Assembly: GCF_963921235.1 (NCBI RefSeq)
Contig: NC_086103.1
Location: 19,468,001-19,532,000 of the forward strand
Reading direction: 5' to 3'
From: Mobula hypostoma
Taxonomy: Eukaryota
DNA: 64,000 bases
Shown here one piece after another: positions 50,769 to 62,643 of this stretch; position 1 is the first letter of the stretch, and each line of letters opens with the position of its first letter. The notes under the pieces were generated by a model, which was not told where the DNA came from, searched no databases, and saw nothing but the letters and a program-made list of their open reading frames with translations. The position numbers and the translations under genes were made by a program.

Positions 50769-50808
50769 CCTCACAGAAGGCCATCAAAAAGAAATATAAA
50801 CCAGACAT
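50769..50808 (-). CDS. Candidate signal-peptide exon of gene 2 (MSGLYFFLMAFCE, phase 1)
   Basis: Acceptor ttatgacag at 50819, 10 nt of UTR, ATG, a hydrophobic core and a strong donor GAGG|GTAAGT. It lies 1.9 kb past the gene 1 polyA signal. Confidence 0.55.
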
Positions 50809-52704
50809 CCTGTTTCTCCTGTCATAAGAAACGGAGAAGCAGAAAGCTAAAACAAGAACTAGCTCAGGCTTTTGTTCTGTCAGCATATCATGTACTGAAC
50901 TGGATTCAAAGGAGTTTCCCATGGACTTTGACCTATTTTGTGAGACTATCCCAATGAAGGTTTCAAAGAGATTATTGAAAACAAAATGAAAAGAAATCAT
51001 CACATTATTGCCAATTGGCCTCAGGAATAAACACAAAAAATTCTAGGATGTTCTTAGCAGATTAAGCACTGCTAAGAAATACAGATAATTTATAAAATTA
51101 AGGACTTTACCATTTTAATGCAAATCAATGATTCGCATTGATTCCAATATATTTTATCAGAGTCATAGACTGAGGTTGCATGATTGTATTAGCAGTACTT
51201 TATAACTGTGAGCTAAGTATGTGTATTAATTAAATTAGATTAGATTTAGATTAGATTCAGCTTTATTGTCATTGTGCCGAGTACAGATACAAAGCCAATG
51301 AAATGCAGTTAGCATCGAACCAGAAATGCAAAGAATAGTGTTATTTACAAACTAACTGCGAATAAAAAGTAAGTGCTACAGTACACAAATATAAAAGTAC
51401 TGAGACAGTACAATGTGGGTGCAATACTGCTTAGTGCAGTGATGTGAGGTTCAGCAGGGTCACAGCCTCAGGGAAGAAGCTCTTCCTGTGCCTGCTGGTG
51501 CAGGAACAGAGGCTCCTGTAGCACCTACCGGATGGGAGGAGAGTAAAAAGTCTATGGTTAGGGTGAGACTCACTGCTGGATGGAAAAGCTCAGCTGATAT
51601 CTCCAAAGGGATGAGTGCAGGTTCTCCTGTGCCACGAAATGACAAATTATTGTTTTGCCTCATAAGAGATGTTTAGATCAAGTTGTAGGGGGTGATGAGT
51701 TGTTGACTCTACCACAGACAGAATAATTCTTTCTTGCTAAAGCAACCCATCTGGATTCTTTTATTACTGTGATTTGTTGGCAATCTCTGATTCATTATTA
51801 TAAAATACACTCATACTTTCAGGAACTTTTTATGGTTATGCTTTGGCAAGCATTCACATATTGAGCAAACACAGACTGTTCTACTATGAATGCTTGCAAG
51901 AAAATGAATCTCAGGGTAGCATATGGTGACATATATGTACTTTGATAATAATTTACTTTAGACTTTGAACCTTGAACTTTGAACAAACAATCTGCTGGAG
52001 GAAGTCAGCGAGTCAAGCAGCACTTATCAAAGAAAGATAATTATCGATATTTTGGGTCAAATGCTGCATCTAAACTCAAAGATTGACTCATGACAATGTT
52101 TCAGTTGCCAATTTTGAAAATGAAACTTTGTGCTAGTCAATGGGAAATGATAATTTCAACACTGCTAATCCATTAGTCTCTGAGAACTCCATGGCTCCTT
52201 CAGCACTGGGAAATGGGAAGAGGTAAGCGACTTCTGACTGAATGTTGAAGATATTTCAGTATAACTTTGAATTGTGTGTCTGTATGGTGAGTATTGGGTG
52301 GCAGGGTAGTGATACTGTACATCTCTACCAAAGTTGGAATAAGGCACTCTTTCCCTCTGCTAACCTGCAGGTCACTTGGACAAGGTGTAGCAGCTGCTTA
52401 GCCCCTGCCTCACTGACCAGGGTCACATGAAGCCATGGGAACAGGTGGTGGATGGTTGTATGAGCAGCTGGTGTATATCACAAGTCCCGGTTATATGACC
52501 ACTGACACCTGGCTGTCCATCTCTGAAGGGCATTGATAATGGTTGGGGTCACCTGCCTTGTAAGGGCGCTATCCAGAAGAAGGCAGCAGCAAACCACTAC
52601 TGTCAAAAAATTTGACAAGAACAAACAGAAGACCATGATCATCACATCATACAACATGGCGCATAATGATGTTAACACCAGAAGGCGGTGTAAAATGTCA
52701 ATAA

Positions 52705-52710
52705 TTTATT
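52705..52710 (-). terminator. Polyadenylation signal AATAAA of gene 1
   Basis: Plus-strand TTTATT immediately downstream (minus sense) of both candidate stop codons. Confidence 0.6.
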
Positions 52711-52743
52711 CAATGAATATCTGCTTTCCCATTGCCTTGGCTT
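52710..52743 (-). CDS. Gene 1 terminal cytoplasmic exon, option 1 (RSQGNGKADIH*)
   Basis: Acceptor gttttcctag|A is phase-2 compatible. The TGA stop overlaps AATAAA. Confidence 0.55.
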
Positions 52744-52754
52744 CTAGGAAAACT

Positions 52755-52821
52755 TCAAACATTTTGAGTCCTGACGTTCCTGTCATTCATTCTTTTGGGT
52801 TTTTTTCTGTTTTGTGGATGT
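52755..52821 (-). CDS. Gene 1 terminal cytoplasmic exon, option 2 (RHPQNRKKPKRMNDRNVRTQNV*)
   Basis: Acceptor ctctttgcag|A is phase-2 compatible and gives an 85-nt intron. It lies in an antisense retroelement tail. Confidence 0.45.
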
Positions 52822-52906
52822 CTGCAAAGAGTAAGAATTTCAGGTTGTATACTGTATACATTCTCTGATATTAAATTGAACCATTGAAATTTTTTCTTCT
52901 CTTTAC

Positions 52907-52997
52907 CTTGTCAGGCAGCAAATTAATCCAAGGGCAATGGCCAGCTTAACCAACAAGTAAGAAACTATGATGATCAAAATGTTCGAAGGCCGGCACA
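52907..52997 (-). CDS. Gene 1 transmembrane exon with intramembrane Lys
   Basis: Acceptor cttccacag|TG (phase 1) and donor ACAAG|GTAAAG (phase 2). CRPSNILIIIVSYLLVKLAIALGLICCLTR. Confidence 0.85.
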
Positions 52998-53177
52998 CTG
53001 TGGAAGATAAAGCCAATTATTTATTTTCACTCACCGTCTCATTTAGCAGTTAAATACTCCTATCAAGTCATTCTATAAATAACGTAACAATGAAAACATA
53101 CTGTATTTTGGCAGCCAGAGTGACATTAATTTGTGTCAAAACCAAGAAAAGAGAGCTTTTCATTTCATTCAATTTGC

Positions 53178-53237
53178 CTTTTAGTGTTTGGTCATTGGCA
53201 TCTGAATATTTTGGGTCATCAGTTTCAATTAAATGTA
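53178..53237 (-). CDS. Candidate 60-nt stalk exon of gene 1
   Basis: Symmetric phase 1-1 open frame LHLIETDDPKYSDANDQTLK. The acceptor is weak (pyrimidine tract then gtaaaag) and the donor is non-canonical (AAG|GCAAAT). Confidence 0.35.
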
Positions 53238-54299
53238 CTTTTACATATAAATGAGAAAGGAAGAAATGAACGCAAGACTATCGGCTGTCTAAGCTGAAAT
53301 TTTTTTTAAATGGCTTGACGAAAGGAGCATAATTGATTCACATCCATTTATTTAATTATTTAATGATACACCGCGGAATTGGCCCAGCTGGACTTTTGAG
53401 CCACAATGCCCCAGCAACCCCCAACAAACTCAATTGACCCTAACCTAAACATGGGACAACTTACAATGTCCGTTCATCCTACCCATTCACTAGTCTTTGG
53501 CCAGTGGCAGGAAACTGGAGCACCTGGGGAAAGCTCAAACATTCCAAGGAGAGGATGTACAGAGGCACCTTACAGACAGTGCTGGAACTGAACTCCAAAC
53601 ACGGACACCCCCGTGCTAACCACCACGCTACCATAGCGCCCAGTTTTCAATCCTGGCTGCTGTTAGGATTGGGAAGATATTAACCACTTGCCTTTTTAAC
53701 TACTATACAATTTATTTTTTCATTTTTAACCTGCAATCCTACTGCTCAGATCACTGAGGTTGAGTTTGCAAGCTATGGAATGGGATAATAACGTTATGGC
53801 AGCAGCCACAAATTGCTTCAACTCTCGTCCCCTTCACTCCTGCACCTGCTGTGGCTATAGCATGTGGGCTTAACAGCAGCCTCTGTCAGCTTTCCGAAAA
53901 ATCCACCTCCATGATCTGTCTTCCCCATTCAATGATCCTGTTACGTATTTACTATTTCAGTAGTGCTTGAGTAATCTTGTAAATGTCTTGCTAAAGCATT
54001 CTGGTTCAGTAATATGCATAAATGCATTGATTGCATACAGCATCATGCTACCACATGATACATGTGCACCTCACTTAAAAGTTAGACCCTCTTTTCAGAC
54101 TCGCGTGTCTTCCTTTGTATTAGTTTAATGTTTTGAAGTTTCAAAACATAAGCTACCCCTTCAACATGTTTGCCATATTTTCTGATCGACTCAAGTCCTA
54201 TTGACTGAGTGATATCAGAAAAAGAATCAGGTTTATTATCACTGACATATATTGTAAAATTAGTTTTTTTCAAAACTGGCACTACCAAAGACATGCGAC

Positions 54300-55200
54300 A
54301 ACTTACCGGTAGTTCGAAAGCAAAGGAATTCCGTTAAAACGCTTTTTTTGAGGTAAATTGTGGTAATCAATGAAGTGAGCAAAGACGGAGCAAATTTGCG
54401 AGATGTGCCCTGCAGCTGCGCTGCAAAATCGACACACTTGGAGTTGGAGCCGTGCTGGTTGGAGTGAATGATTTGGAGGGGAGAAGATGGGACAGAGGAG
54501 TTTCAATGCCTGGGTGCAAGGGTGAATCACTCTAAACGCCGAGCTGTATTGGAGAGGTTGAGATCGGCTTCTTTGGCAGTGAAATTCAGAAAAAGGCGAA
54601 TTCAAGGCCTGGAGCAATTCACCATGGTGAGGCCCGGGTCCAACCCATACAGACTGGAAAGGCAGAGCGTTGAGAGTCGGGCAAGGTTGGATCACTCTGG
54701 GTGCCAAGCCAATTCAAAGAGATTAAGAATGGCTCCATCATCAGCAAAATCGAGGCCTGGAGTGATTCACTGACAGCAGGCCAGAGGACTACTGTGTGGT
54801 TTGGACGATTTAAATGCCAGCCCAGATAATCTGGGGACTCCTCTCTCCATGACACAAAGGCTGTGAGGCTGCTCCCAGCGGCTGTGATTCATGTCTGCAA
54901 ATTCTGTGGCAATTTGCCCTGCTGATACGATGAACTGAATGCCAAGGCTATGAGCCTATTCTGTGCTGCCCTGGGGATTTGGATCTAAGGACTCAATCTG
55001 GTTCAGAATGCTGCTGTTCTTACTCACTTGTATTGTTTATATGATTTCTCTTTGTGTTTATTTTCTCTGTGTCTGTGGGGACTGGGAAGTTGGTCTTTTT
55101 TTAACTGGGTTCTTTTGGGTTCCTTGCTTTGCAACTGCCTGTAAGCAAACAAATCTAAAGGTTGTATCATTAATACATTTTTTGATAATAAATGAACTGT
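54300..55200 (+). repeat. Interspersed non-autonomous repeat ending in a Rex-type 3' tail
   Basis: The tail gttgtat...atacattttttgataataaatgaact is shared with copies at about 34200-34320, 51890-51980 and 52790-52890. No coding signal. Confidence 0.45.
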
Positions 55201-55513
55201 ACGTCAAAAATGAGAGTAGATTGAGGTGTCTCTCCTATTCATGCCAATTAACCTCAATTTCCCTGGTCCATAAGTCTACCCTTACACCGTGCATTGTACC
55301 TCAACTCCCATTGTTTTGAGTTGCGTAGTTGGATTTTGTTTTTAAACTGCTATATTTGTGAACATCTGTAACTAAACGGTGAGTGATATAGAAAGTAAAT
55401 CTAAATAAAAAGCAAGTTACCTTACCGAAAGAGCAGCCAATCACACAAACTTGTTACAAAGCAATCACGCAAACTTTCTGTGCAGGTTACAAAGGACACT
55501 AAAAAGCACTCAC

Positions 55514-55783
55514 ACTTGCTGTTCTTCCGATATGGAATGAAAATCTTGGGTATATTTTGATGAAAAACAGCACACATCCATTTCGTCTTGTCTGCGCCAG
55601 ATTTTAGAATAATCTGCTGGAAAGATTGCCCTTCCTGTCTGAGGTCATTCAGAGTTTCCTCTTGAATGGTTTTGTCATCACCATTGATCCAAACCAGTCT
55701 CGTTGATGCAGTGACGTGAGACACAGAGCAGCTCAGGGTAATGTTGTCTCTCCCAGAATCTTCATTAGGTGGTTCAGCTGTGA
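55514..55783 (-). CDS. Gene 1 Ig exon F, C2-type WxC domain, paralogue of exon B (90 codons)
   Basis: Acceptor ttttcgcag|TC and donor AAGT|GTGAGT. VTAEPPNEDSGRDNITLSCSVSHVTASTRLVWING...KTKWMCAVF. Confidence 0.9.
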
Positions 55784-56519
55784 CTGCGAAAAACAGAATA
55801 TCATTGGGATTATGACAGCAACACCAAGTTTCTACTTGATTTTTTCAGCATAACTCAACATTGTCAATTCATCCATCCCATCCGTCCCAGAATCTGTTTA
55901 GCCTCCTAATGTCAGGTTGAAGGCATCACAGTATAAGAATAAGGACAAGTATACTGGCTACCAGCTACCTCCCCCAGGCTGTGAGGCTCCTGAACGTCCT
56001 GCTACCACCCTGTACACATTACTTATGACAGCACCAGTAACACTATACTGTTCTATATTTAATTATAAGACCATAAGATATAGGAGCAGAAGTAGGCCAT
56101 TCGGCCCATCGAGTCTGCTCCGCCATTCAATCATGGTCTGATCCAATTCTACCAGTCATCTCTACTCCCCTGCTTTTACCCCATACCCTTTGATGCCCTG
56201 GATAATCATCTATCTCTGCCTTAAGTACACCCAATGACTTGGGCTCCACAGCCACTCGTGGCAACAAATTCCACAGATTTACCACCCTGTGACTAAAGTA
56301 ATTTCTCCGCATCTCAGTTAATGCATATATGCACCTTACATCAACATTTACATCAAAGGAATAGTTTTTATTTTATCTGTTAATATTATTTTATGTGCCA
56401 TATGTGATATATGTACTGTGATTTGCACCTCCATCCCCAAGGAATGTTATTTCGTTTATTTGTATACATGTGTATGTTGAGTGAAATTAAACTTGATAGC
56501 GCACACACACACATACACA

Positions 56520-57046
56520 CACTGAGTGTACATTCATGGTTTTCTGCTGCTGTAGCCTATAAACTTCAAGGTTTGATGTGTTGAGCATTCAAGATGCTCT
56601 TCTGCACACCACTGTTGTAACATGTGGTTATTTTGAGTTACTGTCACTTTCCTGTCAGCTTGAATCAGTCTGGCCATTCTCCTTTCACCTTTCTCATTAA
56701 CAAAGCATTTTCATCCATAGAATTGCTGCTCACTGGATGTTTTTTTTTTTACTTTTTGCACCATTCTCTGTAAATTCTAGAGACAGGTGTGCATGAAAAT
56801 TCCAGGAGATCAGCATTTTCTGGGATAGTCAAACCACCCAGTCTGGCACCAACAATTAATTTCTGGTCAAGGTCACTTAGATCACATTTCTTTCCCATTC
56901 TGATGTTTGATCCAAACAACAGCTGAACTTCTTGACCACATGGGCATACTTTTATACATTGAGTGGTTGCCAGGTGATTAGCTGATTGGATATTTGCATT
57001 AACAAGCAGGTGTACAGGTGTACCTAATAAAACTGGCCACTCACTA
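56520..57046. mobile_element. Tc1-like non-autonomous element (second copy about 58330-58672)
   Basis: The two copies align over about 300 bp. Terminus gtgtacctaataaaactggccactca. Confidence 0.65.
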
Positions 57047-57130
57047 TATTTATTTTCATTGGTTTGAATAAAACATTTAAAATCTTTCAAGGAATACTTA
57101 TAATGTAACACAACAAGTGGAGTTTTTTAA

Positions 57131-57549
57131 CCCTTACATACTGTTTGGGTCAATTTTGACCCGTTTTGACATTTGACAGCAGTAAAAACACCCTAAGTGC
57201 AATTTTTTTAGCCGAAATTTGATGACTTTTCCTAAAGTGACCCAAAATGCGCAAAAATGAGAAGATATAAAAGTTTTATACTTTTGTACAGGTGCTACAA
57301 ACTTTTGTACATTGAGGCTGTCCCAGGTCAAATTTGACCCGTAACTATTGAAATGGATTTTAGATCTCTGAAACATTAATTAAGGATTAATCACCCATTT
57401 ATTAATGTCAGATATGCTATTTATACATTCTAAATATATCTGTGCTTCAAAATTTGGCATAGACACTTGCTATGAGGGGATTCTTGGGCCGGGTCAAAAT
57501 TGACCCAGTCCATACTGTGAAGGTATAGAATATGAACTGTATGTAAGGG
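57131..57549. mobile_element. piggyBac-like MITE (419 bp)
   Basis: TTAA on both sides, 11-bp perfect TIR CCCTTACATAC/GTATGTAAGGG, and three internal GGTCAAWWTTGACC palindromes. Confidence 0.85.
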
Positions 57550-57757
57550 TTAAATGTTGTCTGATTGTGGCATTTCAGAGGAAATTTTGTATGTAGCATC
57601 ATACATAAACCTTTAAGGAGAAACTTGGAGAGTTGAGAGGAAAGAAAGAGACATATGTGAGAGTAGCAGCAACTTTGGGAACAACTTGTCACCAGTTCTC
57701 TATTCATTCCTAAAATGGTAACATTTCCCTAATGACTAAACAAAACAGCGATACTAC

Positions 57758-58096
57758 CTCTGACTGTGATTAGTTCAATGGTCACATGTTTATATGATCC
57801 TGTGGAGCATGTGTAAATTCCAGCATCTTCAAACTGCACAGGGACAATCCTCACACTGAAATTCTTGCCATTCAGATTTCCCACTGTGGTTCCCAGTCGA
57901 TTTCCAAAGTAGCTCCTGTCAACGTCAATTGGCTCTGAGCTGTGAGTAGAAGCTATTTCGGCCTGCTGATTCTGAAAAAGTCGCGACCTCCAAGTCCATT
58001 TGGTTTGATTGAACTTAGCAGAAGCTTCACAGATCAGGTCCAGTTCACTGTGTCCTGTGTCAGACCGATAAACTGTGTATGTCCTATTATGTAAAT
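57758..58096 (-). CDS. Gene 1 Ig exon E, V-set domain, paralogue of exon A (113 codons; absent from the ORF track)
   Basis: Acceptor cttcttgcag|AT and donor AGAG|GTAGTA. Hand translation is fully open: DLHNRTYTVYRSDTGHSELDLICEASAKFNQTKWTWRSRLFQNQQAEIASTHSSEPIDVDRSYFGNRLGTTVGNLNGKNFSVRIVPVQFEDAGIYTCSTGSYKHVTIELITVR. Confidence 0.9.
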
Positions 58097-59087
58097 CTGC
58101 AAGAAGGGAAGAGGGAATAAAGAATTACATTTTAACAGAAGCTGAGGTATAGATGTTCCAAGTTTCTAAACTTGGCCACTGGGTTATCAGCTGGAAGGGT
58201 TGCACTGGGACAGAAAAGTCAACAGGGAGCTGGGATAAATCAGCTGCCAACCCAGATGCCTGTTGTTGAAACACTGAAGTTCATCTTCCCCAAACACGCT
58301 CCAGCAAACTGATGCATTTGGACTGGATGTAATAAGCTATCTGTTACATGATCATAGGACAGCTGCTGCTCAGTGGATGTTTATTAATTGCACCATTCTC
58401 TGTAAACTAGATCTAGAGACTGTTGTATATGAAAAGCCCAGGAGATCAGCAGTTTCTGAGATACTCCAACCACCCCATCTGGCATCAGCAATCATTTCAT
58501 AGTCAAAGTCACTTATATCACATTTCTTACCCATTCTGCCCTTTGGTCTGAACAACAACTGAATCTCTTGACCACATCTGCATGCTTTTCTGTGTTGAGT
58601 TGCTGCCACGTGATTGGCTGATTAGATATTTGCATTTTCTAGCAGGTGTACAGGTGTGGTCACTGAGTGTACAATTAGATCAAGGACAGAACGAAGTCTT
58701 TCCTCACTGAAGGATGCACTGCTAACTTTTGTGAGTGACTTTCTTTCCTACACTCAGGAGAAAGTTTCGGAAAAGATTCCAATTTCATAATGCTTGTATT
58801 GGTGTATTTAATTTATTTGTATTTCACTGTTTGTACTGAACTTGCTTTCCTCGATTTCTGTACTTTATTCCAGTTGATTCCTGCAGCAGAATTGAATCCA
58901 TTGATTCACCTGGGTGGCTCCATCAGTCTCAGTGCCACCCCTTCATTTTTACGCCATATCCCAGGGTAGAAGCATTTACCACACCCTGCAGTGAAATCCC
59001 ACGGTGGAGTGTGCTCACTGTACAATATGTGGAACAGTTTATAATCAACAACATTTCATACCTGCTCCTGGGCAGCTTTGGACTCAC

Positions 59088-59354
59088 CCTCATCCACTCC
59101 AACACTGGTGTCTCCAGTGAGAACAATGGAACCTTTTTCTTGCACTTCCCACGTGTACAGACTGGGATCTCCTGTTCCAACGTGTCGGACCATCAGATAG
59201 ACGGTGTTATTCAGGTGGATCTGATCAGTGTTGTTGTTCCTCTGGGATGAGCCTCTTGGTTTCCAGTGGAGACTGACGGTATCTGGGAGTCTGGAGATGG
59301 TACAGCTGAGGGTGACGTCACTGCCCATTACAGGTCTCTGTGAGTCGGCCTCAA
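59088..59354 (-). CDS. Gene 1 Ig exon D, C2-type domain with F-strand Cys replaced by Trp (89 codons)
   Basis: Acceptor ttccacag|TT and donor GAGG|GTGAGT. VEADSQRPVMGSDVTLSCTISRLPDTVSLHWKP...SLYTWEVQE. Confidence 0.9.
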
Positions 59355-59674
59355 CTGTGGAAACAGACACATGATGTGTGGTTCAGTTCCCCACAGGCTC
59401 TCTGAACTGCTCCAGGCAGAATTATGGAGACTGGACTAAATATATCTGAGAAATGAAAATGTTAATTTACAACCTCTCAGGGATTCCACTGGACCTAGTG
59501 CTCTGAGGATTGTTATCCACAAGATGCTTTAATATTTTTAATAAGATTTATTCTGGGCTGGGTGACAGAACTACAGCATTCCAACTGAATTCCAATAATC
59601 TGTTGGGAATATTTGTGGAATATCTCACAAAAAGTTGCTTTCTTGAACCCTTTTCAGCTTCTTGACTAACTTAC

Positions 59675-60019
59675 CTTTGATCCCAACTACTTCCCACTGC
59701 CTCAAGATGTTCCCACCTGACTTTGTCTGATTCCAGGTGAAGAGTCCAGCAAGTTGAAAGGTGGGTTTCCTGATTTTCAGATTAAGGGTACCCCAGTCCA
59801 CATGTAACCTCTGGGAAATGTCTGGTATTTTACTGAACTCATCACTCCAATGTACGGCCCACCGCTGATCTTCTCTGTGAAAAGTGGCCAATCGCTTTGT
59901 GGTTTGTTGCCCTGTGTGTGGCCTCCATTCCAAATCAATGGAGTCACTTCCAGGATTGTCTGGCCCATTCAATACAAAGTTCCCTTCCTGATGGAAAAAG
60001 TAAATAGAATTCAGGCTTC
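59675..60019 (-). CDS. Gene 1 Ig exon C, V-like domain with no cysteines (115 codons)
   Basis: Acceptor ttccttgcag|GA and donor AAAG|GTAAGT. GSLNSIYFF...DLEWRP...GTLNLKIRKPTFQLAGLFTWNQ...WEVVGIK is open and homologous to 7784-8130. Confidence 0.85.
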
Positions 60020-60554
60020 CTGCAAGGAAAACAAATGGCATTTTAAAATCAGACAACTTCTCAATCTGACCCATGAAATAATTAATACCATGGAGAATTT
60101 CATCTCAGAATACTCTAATAATAATTTACATAGGAACTTTCAGAGCAGATTGCATCAGGACAATGGAGCATTTAGCAGGAATAGGAGCAGTCACTTTCCT
60201 GCAGGTTTTAATTATACTATATTGGGTCTTAGAATCCTCAAGCATTCTCCCAGCCCCCAAATACTTTACAAAATTCAGATATATTTCCAAACATTCCTCA
60301 ATTTACAAGAAGGATGATTATCCTGGAAAACATTTCACCTTGCAAAATATTGTAAGTCAAAAAATTCGATAAGATCTGTGATAGGTGCCGTATTTTCTAT
60401 TACCAGGGGGCTGTGCAGTGCTTGTTATAGGCAATTAAAAACATGTACTGATATGGAATCAAAGGTGCTGTGGTAAAAACCGGTTAATTGAACATTTGCA
60501 ACTTGAGAAATTACTGCAATAAAAATGAAAATGACTAACAATGGAAACACATAA

Positions 60555-60860
60555 ATGGATTCATGGGGGAGTCAAGAACCAAAGGGCACAGAATTAGAAT
60601 AGAAGAATGTCCCTTTAGAACAGAGATGTGGAGGAATTTCTTTAGCCAGAGGGTGGTGAATCTGTGAAATTCATTGCCACAGATGGCTATGGAGTCCAAG
60701 TCAATGGGCATATTTAAAGTGGAGATTGATAGATTCTGGATTAGTAAAGGTGTCAGAGGTAATGGGAGAAGGCAGGAGAATGGGGTTGTGAGGATAATAA
60801 ATCAGCCGTGATGTAGCAGACTCGATGAGCCACATGGCCTAATTCTGCTCCTATGTCTTA
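60555..60860 (+). mobile_element. CR1 3' fragment (further antisense CR1 ends at about 6420-6730, 21330-21800, 41135-41410, 56060-56320, 63100-63570)
   Basis: FRTEMWRNFFSQRVVNL motif and the CR1 terminal hairpin. Confidence 0.75.
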
Positions 60861-61864
60861 GGGTCATATTGTCTTCTGATTAGAAGACGGCAGGTGGACC
60901 GTTTCATATCACTAACAGACTGGAGCATTGCCAGTGATTGAGCAATGAAAATCACAGCTCCACAAGTGGCTGGAAACAGAGGCAGCAAGGTTGCAAAGTG
61001 AAATTTAGGAATGTTTGAATGTTCAAACAAATAACTTTAGAAAAGATTTTCCAAAGTGCACAAGTATAAGTCAATGTTGAGTTTATTGTCAAGTATGATA
61101 GATGCAATAAAATACAACATTCACAGGAAAAATATGAATGAAACATAACGATGCATAATTGTGACACAAAAGAACACAATTAAAACAAAATAAAGCTCGG
61201 TCCATTGAGAGCAAAGTGGTCCTATCATTGTCCACCTATTGATTAGCGGTGTTGCATTTGCTTCAAGAACTGAATGTTTGAAAGGAAGTCGCTGTCCTTG
61301 AACTTAGTGATGTGGGACTTCAGGCTTCTTTACCTCCTGCCCAATGGTAGCCTGCAAGGTGCAGATTTCTGATGATAAACATCGCCTTCTTAAGGCACTG
61401 CCTGATGGTGGAGAATGGCAAAGCAGCAGCGGAATCCCATGGTCATTTCAGACATTGGTAGAAAGTATTGCTGCCAATTATAGTCTGGGATGCATTGCAT
61501 ATGGTGGATGAGTGAGCCAATTTGGGAAGCTCCCCAAATTTAAATTGATCCTGTGCATGGCGTCACCAAGGAAAGATGTCAGAAAAGTAAGAGAGCAATG
61601 TAAATGTGGAAACAACCTGCTGCTTTTTAAATTAAAGAAGGCTACACAAAGGAACTAAGTTGTTTTAAAAGGAGAGCTTCAATATTCACTGACCAAGCTC
61701 AGTGCTCGCCTTTTCTCAGTGAAAGAAGTTCCTCCTTTAATTTTTTTTCTCTGTCACAAGTTATGAGTTATGCAAAAGATTGCCCAGATCAGCTTGATCA
61801 TTTGTTCTCCCATTGATTTGCCTGTTACATTCTCAGATGACATAATTTCTGTGTATTCAAGTGA

Positions 61865-61927
61865 AGGTCAATGACCTTGCAGCTCCCACAATACATCAGC
61901 CTTCAATCAGAAAGGAAGTGATGTCAC
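61865..61927. promoter_or_regulatory. Candidate intronic enhancer: IR1 nuclear-receptor element + ETS/CRE-like composite
   Basis: AGGTCA-A-TGACCT at 61865-61877 and GGAAGTGATGTCAC at 61914-61927, in non-repeat intron sequence. Confidence 0.3.
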
Positions 61928-62302
61928 CAGGATCAGTGAGATGGGGAGACAAGATTGGCTTGAAGAAACAAGGGTTCCACTTGCATTGTTCTAGCTTAGA
62001 ATGGCATTTGTTATCTAAATATTTTAGAATATAAAACCAACATTAACAGCCCTATTTTCAGACATATAAACAATTGATATTGTCAATGAATTTACAAGGA
62101 GTGTGGTTGATACACACAGATCAGTCTCAGTCTCACCATTGTGAGTAATGTATATTGCTGGGTCAATTGTCTGAGGGTCTGTCCAATTATGGGGCCTCCC
62201 AAGAAGGATATACAAATAATATAAAAATATCTTTTCACGGTTGTCAGAGTGATTAGCAAGTGATAAGATTACCTGATTGACAGCAGGCATTTAGTCACTC
62301 AC

Positions 62303-62563
62303 CATTGTATTTCACATAGTATGTGACAAAAAGTGTGGGCTTATTTCCACTAAACACACCACACATCCAATTCCCTCTGCCTCTGTCAGCTTTCTGTATG
62401 ATCAGACTCAGTGATTTCTCTTCCCCAGTCAGTATTTTGTCTCCAACAGTTTTACCGGCTCCGTTGATCCAAACCAGTCTGGTTGATGCAGTGACGTCAG
62501 ACACAGAGCAGCTCAGGGTAACGGTGTCTCCCTCAGTCACTGTATCAGACGGTTCAGCTGTGA
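62303..62563 (-). CDS. Gene 1 Ig exon B, C2-type domain with WxC motif (87 codons)
   Basis: Acceptor ttccacag|TC and donor AATG|GTGAGT. VTAEPSDTVTEGDTVTLSCSVS...LVWING...RGNWMCGVF. Confidence 0.9.
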
Positions 62564-62643
62564 CTGTGGAAACAAGTTATTTTTAGATTTCAAACAGTAC
62601 ATTTTTCTCTCTGAAAGCTGCAGTAACACATTCTCACTCTTAC

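Noticed and set aside
53035-53072. 38-nt AG...GTGAGT segment just upstream of the TM exon
   Set aside because: There are stops in all three frames, and the following intron would be only 37 nt.
60395-60505. Strong acceptor/donor pair between exons B and C (possible internal leader)
   Set aside because: It stops in phase 1 and has no hydrophobic ATG-initiated peptide, so A-F is kept as one gene.
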